Shown one piece after another: positions 62,988 through 64,000 of a DNA stretch of 64,000 nucleotides. Source of the DNA: Ginglymostoma cirratum (lineage: Eukaryota); contig JAHRHZ010000218.1 in NCBI GenBank assembly GCA_024137785.1, forward strand, positions 34,058,586-34,122,585, given 5' to 3'. The notes under the pieces were generated by a model. The model was not told the origin of the DNA, did not search any database, and saw only the letters and a list, made by a program, of their open reading frames with translations. Each line of letters begins with the position of its first letter. The stretch's first letter is position 1. Both the position numbers and the translations under genes were made by a program.

Positions 62988-63097
62988 TTTCACAACTGGG
63001 TCCTTTTCAGTCCAGGGGAACATATTCATGAAATCATTTATTGTGTCCACAATGGCATCCACTTGAGCTTGTTCAAGGTTGCTTTTTCCTGCTATGC
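62988..63097 (-). CDS. HPGDS: HPGDS exon (GIAGKSNLEQAQVDAIVDTINDFMNMFPWTEKDPVVK)
   Basis: cttag|GC...AAA|gtatga; 110 nt; VDAIVDT..DF and FPW.EK are characteristic of HPGDS. Confidence 0.94.
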
Positions 63098-63198
63098 CTA
63101 AGAAAGAATAAAAAAGAAAATGCATGGTAGATATATAAATGATCTCACACCATAACAGTAGAGACACAGAATAGTAAAAATGTGTTGGCTAACAGTAC

Positions 63199-63291
63199 CT
63201 GTTTCTCTGGCCAAATATCTTGCAATAGCAGTGCTCTGATTGATTTCAGTTTTGTCCACCTTCAGAATCGGAATTTGTTGAAAGAGCAGAG
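63199..63291 (-). CDS. HPGDS: HPGDS exon (LLFQQIPILKVDKTEINQSTAIARYLARET), GST N-terminal domain; earlier exon(s) lie outside the window
   Basis: tctag|CT...ACA G|gtactg on the - strand; 93 nt; carries the sigma-GST IP...QS.AIARYL motif. Confidence 0.93.
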
Positions 63292-63634
63292 CTAGAATGA
63301 GAACCACATAGGCTCCAGATTATTGAGCGTTAAATCCAATTCCACTGTTAGCAAGCGTAGTATTAGGTTTGATATTAGCTGTGCAGACATGCCAAATCAC
63401 CATATTAAGTAGGATATGGAAGTGATAATTTCTCTGCAATCTGACACGTCCTTCAAAAATGCTTCATTAACTATAAAGTGATTTTAGCCCCAAGATTGTG
63501 AAATGTGCCATTTAGATCAATGTCCAGATTTCAATCTTTATATTCCCAGTGCATGATTAATTTTAAACAATGAAAAATAAAGTGGAGTTTTGTAACAAGA
63601 TTTTAATTCATCTGGCATTCGCAGAATATCACCC

Positions 63635-63905
63635 TAATTGCCCAGAGGGCAATTGCTGTGGGTCTGGAGTCACGCGTAGGTCAGAAGATCTCCCTCCCTA
63701 AAGGATACTAGTGAACCAGATGGATTTTTTCCAACAATCAACAACCATTTCATAGTCATAATTGGACTCTTAATTCAGAGCTATTTTTAAAATTTCAAAT
63801 TCCACCATCTGGCATGGGTGGATTTGAACTCAGGTCCCCAGAACATGAGCTGAGTCTTTGTATTAACAGGTTTAGCGGTAATACCACGAGGCCATCACAT
63901 CCCCA
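63635..63905 (-). mobile_element. tRNA-derived SINE (same family as about 6910 and 9525)
   Basis: ccctaattgcccagagggca...gtgaaccagatgg...ggatttgaactcagg. Confidence 0.78.
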
Positions 63906-64000
63906 CATCTAGTTTTCTTTTGAATGTATTTGAGTTATTAATCTTATAAACTTTCCATTGAAGCACATTTGATTTGATTTGATTTTTGTTCCATGTACCC

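Overview
This window is AT-rich, intron-dominated vertebrate DNA, almost certainly from a shark or ray, judged by an HE1-type V-SINE, DeuSINE relics and abundant CR1/HER1-like LINEs; the species cannot be determined from the sequence. The + strand carries the 3' three-quarters of SMARCAD1 (SNF2/Fun30-family chromatin remodeller) as 17 phase-compatible GT-AG coding exons from 2742 to the stop at 51539, giving 763 aa from the CUE2 domain to the C-terminus. The - strand carries the last four coding exons of HPGDS (sigma-class GST, 63291 to 57702), tail-to-tail with SMARCAD1 as in human. The rest is largely CR1 LINE fragments, tRNA-derived SINEs, a Tc1/mariner-type MITE and many Penelope-like element (PLE) pieces whose terminal repeats contain minimal hammerhead ribozyme cores. 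The best leads are: (1) a candidate internal promoter and in-frame alternative first exon (5924-5965) at the position of the human skin-specific SMARCAD1 exon implicated in adermatoglyphia; (2) palindromic, TSD-flanked hammerhead-bearing PLE mini-elements, with two intact ribozyme cores in the sense of the SMARCAD1 pre-mRNA; (3) a locally templated insertion that duplicated a real splice donor. Two 400-N gaps sit in PLE palindromes. TE boundaries are approximate and family names are from recognition, not database searches.
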